Source: Promethearchaeota archaeon (GTDB taxonomy: Archaea > Asgardarchaeota > Lokiarchaeia > Sigyniarchaeales > SOKP01). From it: a stretch of DNA of 64,000 nucleotides. The stretch covers positions 128,001 to 192,000 of the forward strand of contig JBHLON010000001.1 in the NCBI GenBank assembly GCA_048940445.1. Direction: 5' to 3'. The position numbers and the translations under genes are program-made. Below, one piece after another: positions 48,873 to 57,580 of this stretch; position 1 is the stretch's first letter, and every line of letters begins with the position of its first letter. The notes under the pieces were generated by a model. The model saw nothing but the letters and a program-made list of their open reading frames with translations. It was not told the origin of the DNA and made no database searches.

Positions 48873-50171
48873 TTAATCCTTATTCATGATTCTAAACTTA
48901 ATTTTATAATAATTTTCATCAATTACAGCCATAATAAATAACATGAGAATAAAAATGAAAAATAGACATGGGAAAAATGATAAAAGACCAAGTTCATGAC
49001 CCTTTGACTTAAAATCCACTAATAAAAATAAACCAATACTATAAAAAATGATAAAATTCATAGAAATCAAGAAATACTTATCCGTAATTAGAACTTTGAA
49101 ACCCCTAGGAAATAGCTTTTTAACTTTAAATCGGTTTCTTTTAATTTCATTCTTATTCATACTATTTCTTTTAAAAAATTTTTCCTGTTTTACGTTAGTT
49201 CGCAACTCTTTGATTTTATTCAATTCATAAGCATCGTTTTTGCTCATCCAATCCGTTAATCGAATAATGATGCAATTTTTTAAAGAAACATCATTTGATT
49301 TAAAAAGAATAGTTTTCCTGATTAAACATTTTTCAAAAGTGACATTTTGGCATTCTTTTAGTTTTAAATCACGTGGAATGTTACATTCTATGAAGGTGAT
49401 GTCTGAGCAAGAGCTCATTCTGATAAGTCCAATCTCACAATTAGAAAAAGCAAAATTTTCACAATTTTCAAGATATAATTTAACTATTTGAAGGCTTTTA
49501 AAGTTAAAGTATAGTTTGTAATTCTTAATTGATACTCGTTTAGGAAGGTTTAAGGAATTATCAATAATAATAGGATCTTGAATGGTTCCTAATCCATAAC
49601 AAGTTATTTGCATTTTTCCATCTTCTGGAAACGTCCATATAAGAGGACTATTATAACGTCCATAAAATTCCCGATTCTGCTTTATAAGGGTAATTTTTGT
49701 CTTATTTATTAGAATAACGTCTTTTTGCTTAATTTTTGTAGGGGAAATCCTCTGCGTAATCTCATTCATGATATCTTTGTAGTTTAAAATCCATGAAATT
49801 TCGACGTTATAGACATCATTGACAAGTTGAATAGAAAGAGAATTACCTTTCTCGATGATAACTGCTTCAATTTGCTCATAAGGGATAAATTTTGGAATGA
49901 AATATGAGAAGATTTCTACTCTACTTAATGATTTTCGAACTTTTACTCCGTTCTCATAAACAATAATATAGGATATAAAACTCATCATTCCTGGAATTAC
50001 AAATAAGATACCAAGAAAAATGACAAGAAGGTCTAGAAAATTGATTGTTGAACGATCAATGAATTTAATTACAAAATAAGGGATAATCATAAGATTACCC
50101 AAAATCAAAAAGATGTAAGTCACACAAACCTTAGGTGTTTTACTTTTTAAGATTTTTTTTCCTTTTTTCAT
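48873..50171 (-). CDS. Membrane protein: 2 TM + PH-like segment + beta-helix repeats + 2 TM
   Basis: G.GT..DP.II motif followed by L.NC.N..F.NC-type repeats. Confidence 0.6.
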   Translation of the reverse strand: MKKGKKILKSKTPKVCVTYIFLILGNLMIIPYFVIKFIDRSTINFLDLLVIFLGILFVIPGMMSFISYIIVYENGVKVRKSLSRVEIFSYFIPKFIPYEQIEAVIIEKGNSLSIQLVNDVYNVEISWILNYKDIMNEITQRISPTKIKQKDVILINKTKITLIKQNREFYGRYNSPLIWTFPEDGKMQITCYGLGTIQDPIIIDNSLNLPKRVSIKNYKLYFNFKSLQIVKLYLENCENFAFSNCEIGLIRMSSCSDITFIECNIPRDLKLKECQNVTFEKCLIRKTILFKSNDVSLKNCIIIRLTDWMSKNDAYELNKIKELRTNVKQEKFFKRNSMNKNEIKRNRFKVKKLFPRGFKVLITDKYFLISMNFIIFYSIGLFLLVDFKSKGHELGLLSFFPCLFFIFILMLFIMAVIDENYYKIKFRIMNKD

Positions 50172-50211
50172 TTTTATAAATCATTTATTATTTAGATTGA
50201 AATAAGTATTT

Positions 50212-51354
50212 TTATAAGAATCCTAAAAGAAATTTATTTCCTAAATTAACATTGTCTAAATATTTTTTAGCTACTTTCAAACAATTTCGTACCTGATCCT
50301 TTGGAGTAATAGGGAGGTCTTGCATTTGGTAAGCTCGGTGGAATATTAGTAAGCTATATGGTATTTTCCTGTTTATACCTCCTACAAATCTTGCAATTTG
50401 TTCTACTTCTTCATAATTGACATATCCAGGGACCATTAAGGTACATGCACTTATTTCTGGCATAGTTTCTCCCCTGGTGCCAAAATAATTTTCTGCTAAA
50501 TATTGAAAATTTTCTAGGGTCCGCTTATTACTTACACCACATAAGGAAAGATTGAGTTTTTCAAAAAAAGCTTTTAAGTCAAACTTTATATTCCCTCCAG
50601 ATTCTAATGCAATCTGCATGCTTTTTTCAGCTAAATCCCTTCTTCCGCTTCCATTCCATTCCCAACAAACTCTAAATTTTCTTTTAGGCTCTTCATTTTT
50701 AATTTTTTCCAAAATTTTATTTGCTAAATTAATTGAGAAAGGTAATTGAGGTTCAGGAGTTCCTCCAAAATAACATATACAAGTAATTTTCTTATTTTTA
50801 GCAATTTGAGTTGCTAAAATTTCGACATCAGTTAAGGATTTTTTTGATATGTACTTATGGGAGGAATTTTGACAGAAGAGACAATTGAACGAACATCCGT
50901 ATAGGAATGCAGCATAAGAATATGTGCCAAATTCAGGTCCGTCAATGTTAGAATAGTGCGGATATCCAGAAGATGTACCTGCTGGACAAAACCACGCATT
51001 ACAGCAATTGGTAGGATTAGGATCTAGATAACCATGAATATAACCCTTAGAATGTGTAGGATAAGGTAATGAGTCATCTTTATTTTTCGATACATTTCTT
51101 AATCCACAATAGCTAGTATCTTCAGAAGATAGAATGCATTCATTAATACAAAAGTCACATTTTAATCGAATATCTGATCCTTCTGCTTTTGGAGGTTTTT
51201 GGGGTAAGTTAATCAGATTTCTAACCTGACTATGTATTGAAAGGATATAGGGTTTGATAATTTCCCAGTCCTTATTAAAAATGCACTCACGACATACTGA
51301 AAGAACCTCTGAAATGAGTTGATCATTTTTTCCACAAAATTTGCATTGCCCTAC
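50212..51354 (-). CDS. Radical SAM protein (PflA/AmmeMemoRadiSam-related) with N-terminal Cys-rich region, about 380 aa
   Basis: The frame is open 214 codons upstream of the tracked TTG 50712 and contains CKFC, CREC, CDFC..EC...C, NCCNAWFC, GCSFNCLFCQN and FGGTPEP. The only plausible start is GTA 51354. Confidence 0.85.
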   Translation of the reverse strand, partial: VGQCKFCGKNDQLISEVLSVCRECIFNKDWEIIKPYILSIHSQVRNLINLPQKPPKAEGSDIRLKCDFCINECILSSEDTSYCGLRNVSKNKDDSLPYPTHSKGYIHGYLDPNPTNCCNAWFCPAGTSSGYPHYSNIDGPEFGTYSYAAFLYGCSFNCLFCQNSSHKYISKKSLTDVEILATQIAKNKKITCICYFGGTPEPQLPFSINLANKILEKIKNEEPKRKFRVCWEWNGSGRRDLAEKSMQIALESGGNIKFDLKAFFEKLNLSLCGVSNKRTLENFQYLAENYFGTRGETMPEISACTLMVPGYVNYEEVEQIARFVGGINRKIPYSLLIFHRAYQMQDLPITPKDQVRNCLKVAKKYLDNVNLGNKFLLGFL

Positions 51355-51355
51355 G

Positions 51356-52030
51356 TTACATCACCGATTTTTTTAGCAAAAGGTAAGTTTGACCTTTTCT
51401 TTGTTTAGGATTTTTTTTAATCATAAATCCGTCAAATCCATTAGAAGTAAATGATGATTGAAAAAGTGATAATTCTTCCTCATTATTTGGGTAAAATTCT
51501 ATTATCGTTCTCCCATTTTTCTTTAAGATTTTGTTAAGCGATTTAGTAGTACTATCTATTGAGATAGCTTTTTCTTTATAATGATTTATGTTATGTAAAA
51601 TAAAATTATATGCTGAAATAGAAATTATGTGATCTATTGATTCCGTTCTTAAAGGTAAGTGTTTAATATCAGCGAGAATTAGATTTAGATTGGAACCTTG
51701 TTCTAAATAGTGTTTTTTATTTTTAGCTAGAGTTATCATATCTAATAAAACATCTATACCTAGAACTTTAAATCCGGAATCTATTAGCACTTCTGAAGAA
51801 AATCCAGTTCCACACCCTAAATCCAAGATTAGATAAGAATGGTTATCCAGAATATCCCCTCTTCCCACCATATCCAACTTTTTGTCAAATAAGTATCTGA
51901 GACAACGCATTGCAGTTTTCTTTTGATTCCTTTCCATCCATTTAGAGTTATCATACTCATATGATTTATGACCAATATAAGAATCTGGAAATTCTGGAAG
52001 CTTATTTTTTCGCGTCATACAGAACAACAA
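51356..52030 (-). CDS. Class I SAM methyltransferase, Bud23/WBSCR22-like
   Basis: LDLGCGTG.S, GID, ISISA, FYP.N, GF.G and K..YL.L motifs; likely start ATG 52018. Confidence 0.75.
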   Translation of the reverse strand: MLFCMTRKNKLPEFPDSYIGHKSYEYDNSKWMERNQKKTAMRCLRYLFDKKLDMVGRGDILDNHSYLILDLGCGTGFSSEVLIDSGFKVLGIDVLLDMITLAKNKKHYLEQGSNLNLILADIKHLPLRTESIDHIISISAYNFILHNINHYKEKAISIDSTTKSLNKILKKNGRTIIEFYPNNEEELSLFQSSFTSNGFDGFMIKKNPKQRKGQTYLLLKKSVM

Positions 52031-52145
52031 ATATAAAAATCAGATAAACTATTTAAATAGGTAAACGAATATATATTTGTTAAAAATAAACAACAATCAC
52101 CAAATTAAGACTGATTATAATCTAATATTGAAGATAGAGAGTAAA

Positions 52146-52538
52146 ATGGCTGAGAAGAAAACTATACTGGTCGTCGACGATGAACCCGATATTGTTAACC
52201 TTACACAAAAATTTTTAGAATTAGAGAAATATAATACAATAACTTGTAACAACGGTAAGGAAGCTTTGAAGATTGTGGAAGAAAAGTTCAGCGAAATCAT
52301 CCTAATCTTACTTGATCTTATGATGCCTGGAGTTAGTGGTTATGATGTATTACGAAACATAAAATCCAGTGATCTTTATAAAGATATATTAGTAGTTATT
52401 TTTACCGTTAAAAGTTTCAACGAAGATATTCAAAAAGGGAAAGCATTAGGAGCAGATGGATATATTACAAAACCTTTTTCAGGGAAAGATTTATTAAAGT
52501 ACGTTAAAAATCTATTAAAGGAAAAAGGAAAGCTTTAA
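52146..52538 (+). CDS. Stand-alone response regulator receiver (CheY-like)
   Basis: ILVVDDE, LLDLMMP.VSG, T and KP motifs; likely start ATG 52146. Confidence 0.92.
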   Translation: MAEKKTILVVDDEPDIVNLTQKFLELEKYNTITCNNGKEALKIVEEKFSEIILILLDLMMPGVSGYDVLRNIKSSDLYKDILVVIFTVKSFNEDIQKGKALGADGYITKPFSGKDLLKYVKNLLKEKGKL

Positions 52539-52585
52539 GATTCACTTTCTTTTTCTTGTTTTTTAATTAACATTAAGGTACCCTT

Positions 52586-53782
52586 TTATATCACCCAAAA
52601 ATAATAAACCAAAATCAAAATAATTATCGAAAATACTGAAAGAATACAAACTGTTTTTCTAATCATGTGTTTAATGTGAGTTCGAGGCATTCTATCTTCT
52701 TGATTTAGCAATTTTGGAAATAAGTTATGATCATGCGGTTCAATTTGATACCAATATGATGTGGAAGACCAATCATCTTTTCTATGGTTGTCATGACCAT
52801 GTTCTATGGATACAATTATTCCTTTATTGAAATATATTGGATCTTCTATATGGTAACGATAATAAGTAATTTTACCCCACCAGTTAAATCCTCCGGGTAA
52901 AATTGTACCATGATACGGTGCATGATACATAGTGCTCTGACTCCATGCTTGGTTAACATAATCTTCTGTTCCTGTTCCTTTTAAGGTAGGGCTTTTTTTC
53001 TGGATATCGTCATCAATAAATATCATATCATCACCTTCACCTGGCCAATTTAAAAACCATGGCATAAAAGTTATATTATCAATATCTAAATGACAACCGA
53101 CATAGTGTCCTTTGCCTCTTGCTTCAAGGATTTTATAATTATACTTTAAGGGGTCTTGATTCTTACCAGAGAACATAAATTTAATTGGTTTTGTAATTTT
53201 AAACTTTTTCCCTGAGTGAGCATCTACTCTTTTTACATTTGGAGGATTCTCTCGTCGCCATTGTACATGGAATCTACCATAATAGTTATTACTCTCAATA
53301 CCTTCTTCATAAATCTCATAATCAATATAATAATACATTTTAACTTTCTTTGATGTATCATTTTCAATCGTTATTTTAAATCCATTTGAATAAGGCATTG
53401 GCCACCAACAATTAAAACCTCTTCCATTCCTAGGGCTCATCTGTAACGGCAGTGAGACAAAGTTCTTTTGCTTCCCATGCCCCATTCCGAAAAAGTCTCC
53501 AATTGGCGCCTCTACACTTGGTTTATCATTAGGTTCACCATCCCAATACATTCTAATTATCACATTCCGTAAAAAATATTTTGCCTTACAAGCCATAGTG
53601 CACCATATGTGGGTAATACATCCAACTCCATTATCACTTGCTAATAATGGCCTTTCTCCAGGACCTATAGTAATCCAGTCTACATTTCCCCCTGTTTTAT
53701 CATGACTAGATATTCTTCTTCGTTTCACGAAGTCTGGTCTAATTTTAGCAATATTGTTTAAACTTGATCTACCAATTTTCAT
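52586..53782 (-). CDS. DUF2961 / GH172 glycoside hydrolase with C-terminal TM anchor
   Basis: G.ITHIW, YWDGE..PSVE.P.GDFF, W.GEGDDM, GTGTEDY, YRYH..DP and EHGH.N. Confidence 0.88.
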   Translation of the reverse strand: MKIGRSSLNNIAKIRPDFVKRRRISSHDKTGGNVDWITIGPGERPLLASDNGVGCITHIWCTMACKAKYFLRNVIIRMYWDGEPNDKPSVEAPIGDFFGMGHGKQKNFVSLPLQMSPRNGRGFNCWWPMPYSNGFKITIENDTSKKVKMYYYIDYEIYEEGIESNNYYGRFHVQWRRENPPNVKRVDAHSGKKFKITKPIKFMFSGKNQDPLKYNYKILEARGKGHYVGCHLDIDNITFMPWFLNWPGEGDDMIFIDDDIQKKSPTLKGTGTEDYVNQAWSQSTMYHAPYHGTILPGGFNWWGKITYYRYHIEDPIYFNKGIIVSIEHGHDNHRKDDWSSTSYWYQIEPHDHNLFPKLLNQEDRMPRTHIKHMIRKTVCILSVFSIIILILVYYFWVI

Positions 53783-54011
53783 AAATACTCATTTAAATTT
53801 TTAGGTGATATTAATAAAATTGTATTATAACTTAATTAAATATAAATATATCAATTCTTAAAAAAAGCATAATAAGACTTTTCATTTTTTTTCTTTAGTT
53901 GAGTTTTTGGTCGATATCCTTATTACAGAAAACTTCCCAATTATATTATCAAATCTAAAAATTTTTATATTTCCTAATTATTATTTAATAACAACCTAGA
54001 TATGATGATCT

Positions 54012-54638
54012 ATGGCGACTGGAGGGTTTGTTCCTGAACCAGCGGAATTTAACACAATAATCACGATGCTGGGATGCTTATGTGCTACAGTCCAATTAGG
54101 AACAGGAATATATGCGGCATATAAGAAGAGAAAAATTGCTTTAATCAAGACTAATGACGCTTTATTTAGAGCTCATAGAGCGTTTGGAAGTTTTGCTACA
54201 GTTTTTTACTTTTTAGGTTTATTTGCAGGATTATCTGGATTTATAGGTGCAATCTTATTAAATAACCCCCCCTTTGAAATCTTGGATATCAGTTTTAACA
54301 TTCACGTATGGCCTAGTTTCTTAGTGATGGTTGTAATCATTTGGAAGACTTTGATCTCTTATTTCAAGAAACCTTTAGTTTATAAACAAGGTAAATGGTT
54401 AGGTATTGCAACTTTTGTTGCATGGGCTTATACATGGATCACATCAGCTGTTTCTTTTTATCTTAGGACATTACCTTCAAATCCGCAACATTCTGAGCCA
54501 TTATATTTACTTGATATTGAATTAATTGTCCTCCAGATCATATTACCCTTCATAATTGGGGTCTTAATTAGTTATTTTGTTTTAAAGGCTGCGGATAAAA
54601 TTGAAAAAAAAAAATTAATTGCTAGTCAAAAGAAATAA
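54012..54638 (+). CDS. Integral membrane protein, possibly cytochrome b-like
   Basis: About 5 TM segments with His in FRAHRAFG and NIHVW. Confidence 0.55.
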   Translation: MATGGFVPEPAEFNTIITMLGCLCATVQLGTGIYAAYKKRKIALIKTNDALFRAHRAFGSFATVFYFLGLFAGLSGFIGAILLNNPPFEILDISFNIHVWPSFLVMVVIIWKTLISYFKKPLVYKQGKWLGIATFVAWAYTWITSAVSFYLRTLPSNPQHSEPLYLLDIELIVLQIILPFIIGVLISYFVLKAADKIEKKKLIASQKK

Positions 54639-54922
54639 TACTGCAATTATACCCAGATTAACTTAATCACTTCAGGATTATTCCTCTTTTTACTTTTCCT
54701 AATTCAATTCTAAGCTTTTTAAAGAAAGGGTGTAACGCAATAAGAGTATGCTTTATATATTAAATTGAATAGGTCAAATATTTTTGATGAGAAATTAGTT
54801 GAAGATAAGGGTTTTGTGTATAGAAAAGTGGGAGAAGGGATTAATAACCCTTTTTAATAATTTAAAATTTTTTGTCTCAAGCTTTCACTTCGCTTTAAAG
54901 ACTAAATCCTAATATTTTTGAT

Positions 54923-55078
54923 TTAGTCCTTGAGATCTTTATTAGAATTTATTTTTTTTTTTTGTCTTCTTCTTTTTAAATATCGGAAACATGAGACAAC
55001 ACCATCAATGATACCTCATCCTGAGCAAAATTGCTCGTCTGATTCCGTTTCACCAATTCTATATTTCCATTCAGACAT
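54923..55078 (-). other. Unannotated 51-codon ORF with in-frame TGA in a C-S-G-[TGA]-G context (selenoprotein candidate or Zn-ribbon pseudogene)
   Basis: MSEWKYRIGETESDEQFCSG*GIIDGVVSCFRYLKRRRQKKKINSNKDLKD*; TGA at 55016-55018. Confidence 0.35.
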
Positions 55079-55219
55079 AGATCATTCAATTTTATTAATT
55101 TATTATTTAGAGTAATAAGTTGAAATTATTAAAGCATATTTGTTATATTTAATAATTTTAGAAACTTACTAAAATTTTGAAATATTTCGTAAAATAATAT
55201 AGAAAAAAAGTGAAGCATT

Positions 55220-55486
55220 ATGGGTATAAAAGATGAACTCTCAGAAATGAGAAAAAGTATGAATCGAATGGCTGAGGAATTGCATGAGACAAATAAGGCA
55301 ATCAGAGAATCATTAAAGCTAACCTCTGATACTATAAATAATATGAGTGAAAACTTTTCCAAAACATTAGAGGAATCTCTCAAGATAATGCGGGATATGA
55401 AGATTCAAATGGATTTTAAGGACACTATATTTAAAACTCTAGGAATCGATGGCTTATTAGCTGATTTTTTGAAGAGGAAAAGATAA
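55220..55486 (+). CDS. Small coiled-coil protein
   Basis: Heptad-like helical 88-aa ORF. Confidence 0.65.
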   Translation: MGIKDELSEMRKSMNRMAEELHETNKAIRESLKLTSDTINNMSENFSKTLEESLKIMRDMKIQMDFKDTIFKTLGIDGLLADFLKRKR

Positions 55487-55491
55487 GCGCT

Positions 55492-55680
55492 CTATTCCTT
55501 TCGCCGATTTTTAAATACAAAATACAATATTATAAGAGAGATTATGTAAACTATAGTTATAATAAACCATATGACAAAATCAGTCGTAGATTGATTAATA
55601 AGTGCTTCAATAGTTTTATATATAAAAAAAATACTAAAGAGTCCTAATAAAGTTATTCGAGAGCGTAATTGATTGTTCAT
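55492..55680 (-). CDS. Small two-TM membrane protein
   Basis: Two hydrophobic segments and a basic C-terminal tail. Confidence 0.6.
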   Translation of the reverse strand: MNNQLRSRITLLGLFSIFFIYKTIEALINQSTTDFVIWFIITIVYIISLIILYFVFKNRRKE

Positions 55681-55764
55681 AATAGACTAAATTCTCAATT
55701 CTTTATTAAATAAAATAATTTTTAAAATTATAAGTATAATACACATTATTAAATTACGTTTTAA

Positions 55765-55977
55765 TTGAACAATAATATGTCAAAAAATCCTCCTTTTTGT
55801 TATATTTGTGGCAAAAAATGTGAAGACCTTCTAAATGAGTGTTATTACTGTATCTGTGACATTACGGTATGTAATGATTGTATAAATTCGGTTAAAAAAG
55901 ATGAAACTACTTGGATTTGCCCACATTGTCATGAAAGCCATACTATAGAAAAAACTAAACTGTTTCGAGACATTTAA
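55765..55977 (+). CDS. Stand-alone RING-like (C4C4) zinc-finger protein
   Basis: CYIC...CIC-x4-CNDC...CPHC; likely start ATG 55777. Confidence 0.7.
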   Translation: MNNNMSKNPPFCYICGKKCEDLLNECYYCICDITVCNDCINSVKKDETTWICPHCHESHTIEKTKLFRDI

Positions 55978-56079
55978 ACATTAGATTCTTTCAAATTTTT
56001 TACCTTTAAATAAAGATATAAATAAATATAAACATTCTAATTTTCTATGTATTTAATAGATATAATTAGGTAGGACTAT

Positions 56080-56574
56080 ATGACTAAAATCTCGAAAATT
56101 TTAGAAATTGAAAATTGCAACAAAGCTAATTTATTAAAAGCAATCTATTCACCTAAATTCTGGGAAGAAATTAAACCCACTAAAAAGTTGGAAGCCCAAT
56201 TCATCGCTCCTAACGTTCTTTTTACTAAAGTATATGATGAAATTAACATTATTAAGGTACCAATAGAAATGGAAGGGGAGTTAGTACTGGATGACAAAGG
56301 GGAGGAAGAAGGTAAAGGTAGATTAATTGAATTTAACGTAAGGAATAATAAAGATGTAAAAGAGTTGGAAGGAAGATTAAGAATTAAAGAGTTGAGTTCC
56401 AATAAATCCAAAGTGGGAGTATTTATCGAGAATTTTGTATTAAGTAGTGATTTTCTGAATTTAATAGGTGGAGCTGCTGATCTTACTCTGCAACTAAAAA
56501 TAACTGAGATGTTAAGAAATCTAGAAAAGTATTGTAAGACTAAAAATCTAAACGATTTATTAGAAAAAAATTGA
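56080..56574 (+). CDS. SRPBCC/START-fold-like protein
   Basis: Strand-helix(P.FW..I.P)-beta-sheet-C-terminal helix pattern like CoxG/START proteins. Confidence 0.5.
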   Translation: MTKISKILEIENCNKANLLKAIYSPKFWEEIKPTKKLEAQFIAPNVLFTKVYDEINIIKVPIEMEGELVLDDKGEEEGKGRLIEFNVRNNKDVKELEGRLRIKELSSNKSKVGVFIENFVLSSDFLNLIGGAADLTLQLKITEMLRNLEKYCKTKNLNDLLEKN

Positions 56575-56656
56575 TTTTCTTATACCAAAGAAATTTATTA
56601 AAGAAGGTTTATAATTTACTTAGAAGTAGTATCGAATAATTTTGGGGTAAACAGAT

Positions 56657-57505
56657 ATGAATATCTGGATTTTGGATTCACAATCTGGTATAACATTATT
56701 ATATAAATCATATTTAGATTTGGTTCTCAATGAAGATTTAATTTCGGGTTTATTAACAGCAATTAATCAGTTTACTGTCTTCGAATTAAAACAAGGTATT
56801 GAAAGTATTGATATGTCTGGCTTACGGTGGGTATACTTAGAAGATCATGAATTAAATTTACTCTTTATAGCAGCTGCGGAAAAGGATGTTAGTGCAGACA
56901 TTCTAAAAGCGAGGCTAAATATAATAATGTTAACTTTCATACAACAATACGCCCAAAATAAAGAAGAATGGAAAGCTTTATGGAAAGGAAACACAGATCT
57001 TTTTAATCCATTCAAAGATGTAATAGATGAATACTATTCCCAATGGTTAACAGCTGAAAATGTAAGCACTTTAGCCGAATATTTCGACATATTAGGAGTA
57101 TTCCAACAGATTTTGAATTTACTAACTAATGTTATCGAAGCGCATTTTCATCCTGATAGTAAAGAAAGAATTTATGAACTTATCGAAAGAATGTTTGCCA
57201 ATTATTTAAATCATGATTATGTGCAACAACATCAAGAACTAAGAAAGTTTTCATTTAATCGAGCTACAGGGATTAATATTATTAGTATAGATCCTAAAAA
57301 TGTTGATATGATTATAGTTGAAAAACAGATTGTCAATTTAATCAGAAGGATTGTAGAGATGATTAAATCTGAGGTTGGGTATCAGAAATCCTTAAATTAC
57401 TTTATAGAAGAAAATATTTTTGAATATTTAGTATCAAATTTAACATTATTAAACGAATTAAATCTCTTCAAATTTCTATTACAACTCTTCTTGCTAAATA
57501 AATAA
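56657..57505 (+). CDS. Longin-like domain protein
   Basis: N-terminal IWIL...SG..L.Y......DLISGLLTAI..F..E....IESI pattern typical of Asgard longin-like domains. Confidence 0.65.
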   Translation: MNIWILDSQSGITLLYKSYLDLVLNEDLISGLLTAINQFTVFELKQGIESIDMSGLRWVYLEDHELNLLFIAAAEKDVSADILKARLNIIMLTFIQQYAQNKEEWKALWKGNTDLFNPFKDVIDEYYSQWLTAENVSTLAEYFDILGVFQQILNLLTNVIEAHFHPDSKERIYELIERMFANYLNHDYVQQHQELRKFSFNRATGINIISIDPKNVDMIIVEKQIVNLIRRIVEMIKSEVGYQKSLNYFIEENIFEYLVSNLTLLNELNLFKFLLQLFLLNK

Positions 57506-57580
57506 GAATTTATCAAGATTTATTAAAAACAATTTATTTAAATTATTAATAGTAATCTCCTCCATAGCGTCGTTGTACAA

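Noticed and set aside
54765-54857. About 30-codon plus-strand ORF (LNRSNIFDEKLVEDKGFVYRKVGEGINNPF)
   Set aside because: Too short, with no recognisable motif; cannot be supported.
54875-54935. Hammerhead ribozyme
   Set aside because: Three-way-junction-like, but there is no CUGANGA core on either strand.
54930-55115. 61-aa plus-strand ORF
   Set aside because: Starts in a poly-T tract with an implausible sequence; the minus-strand reading looks more protein-like.
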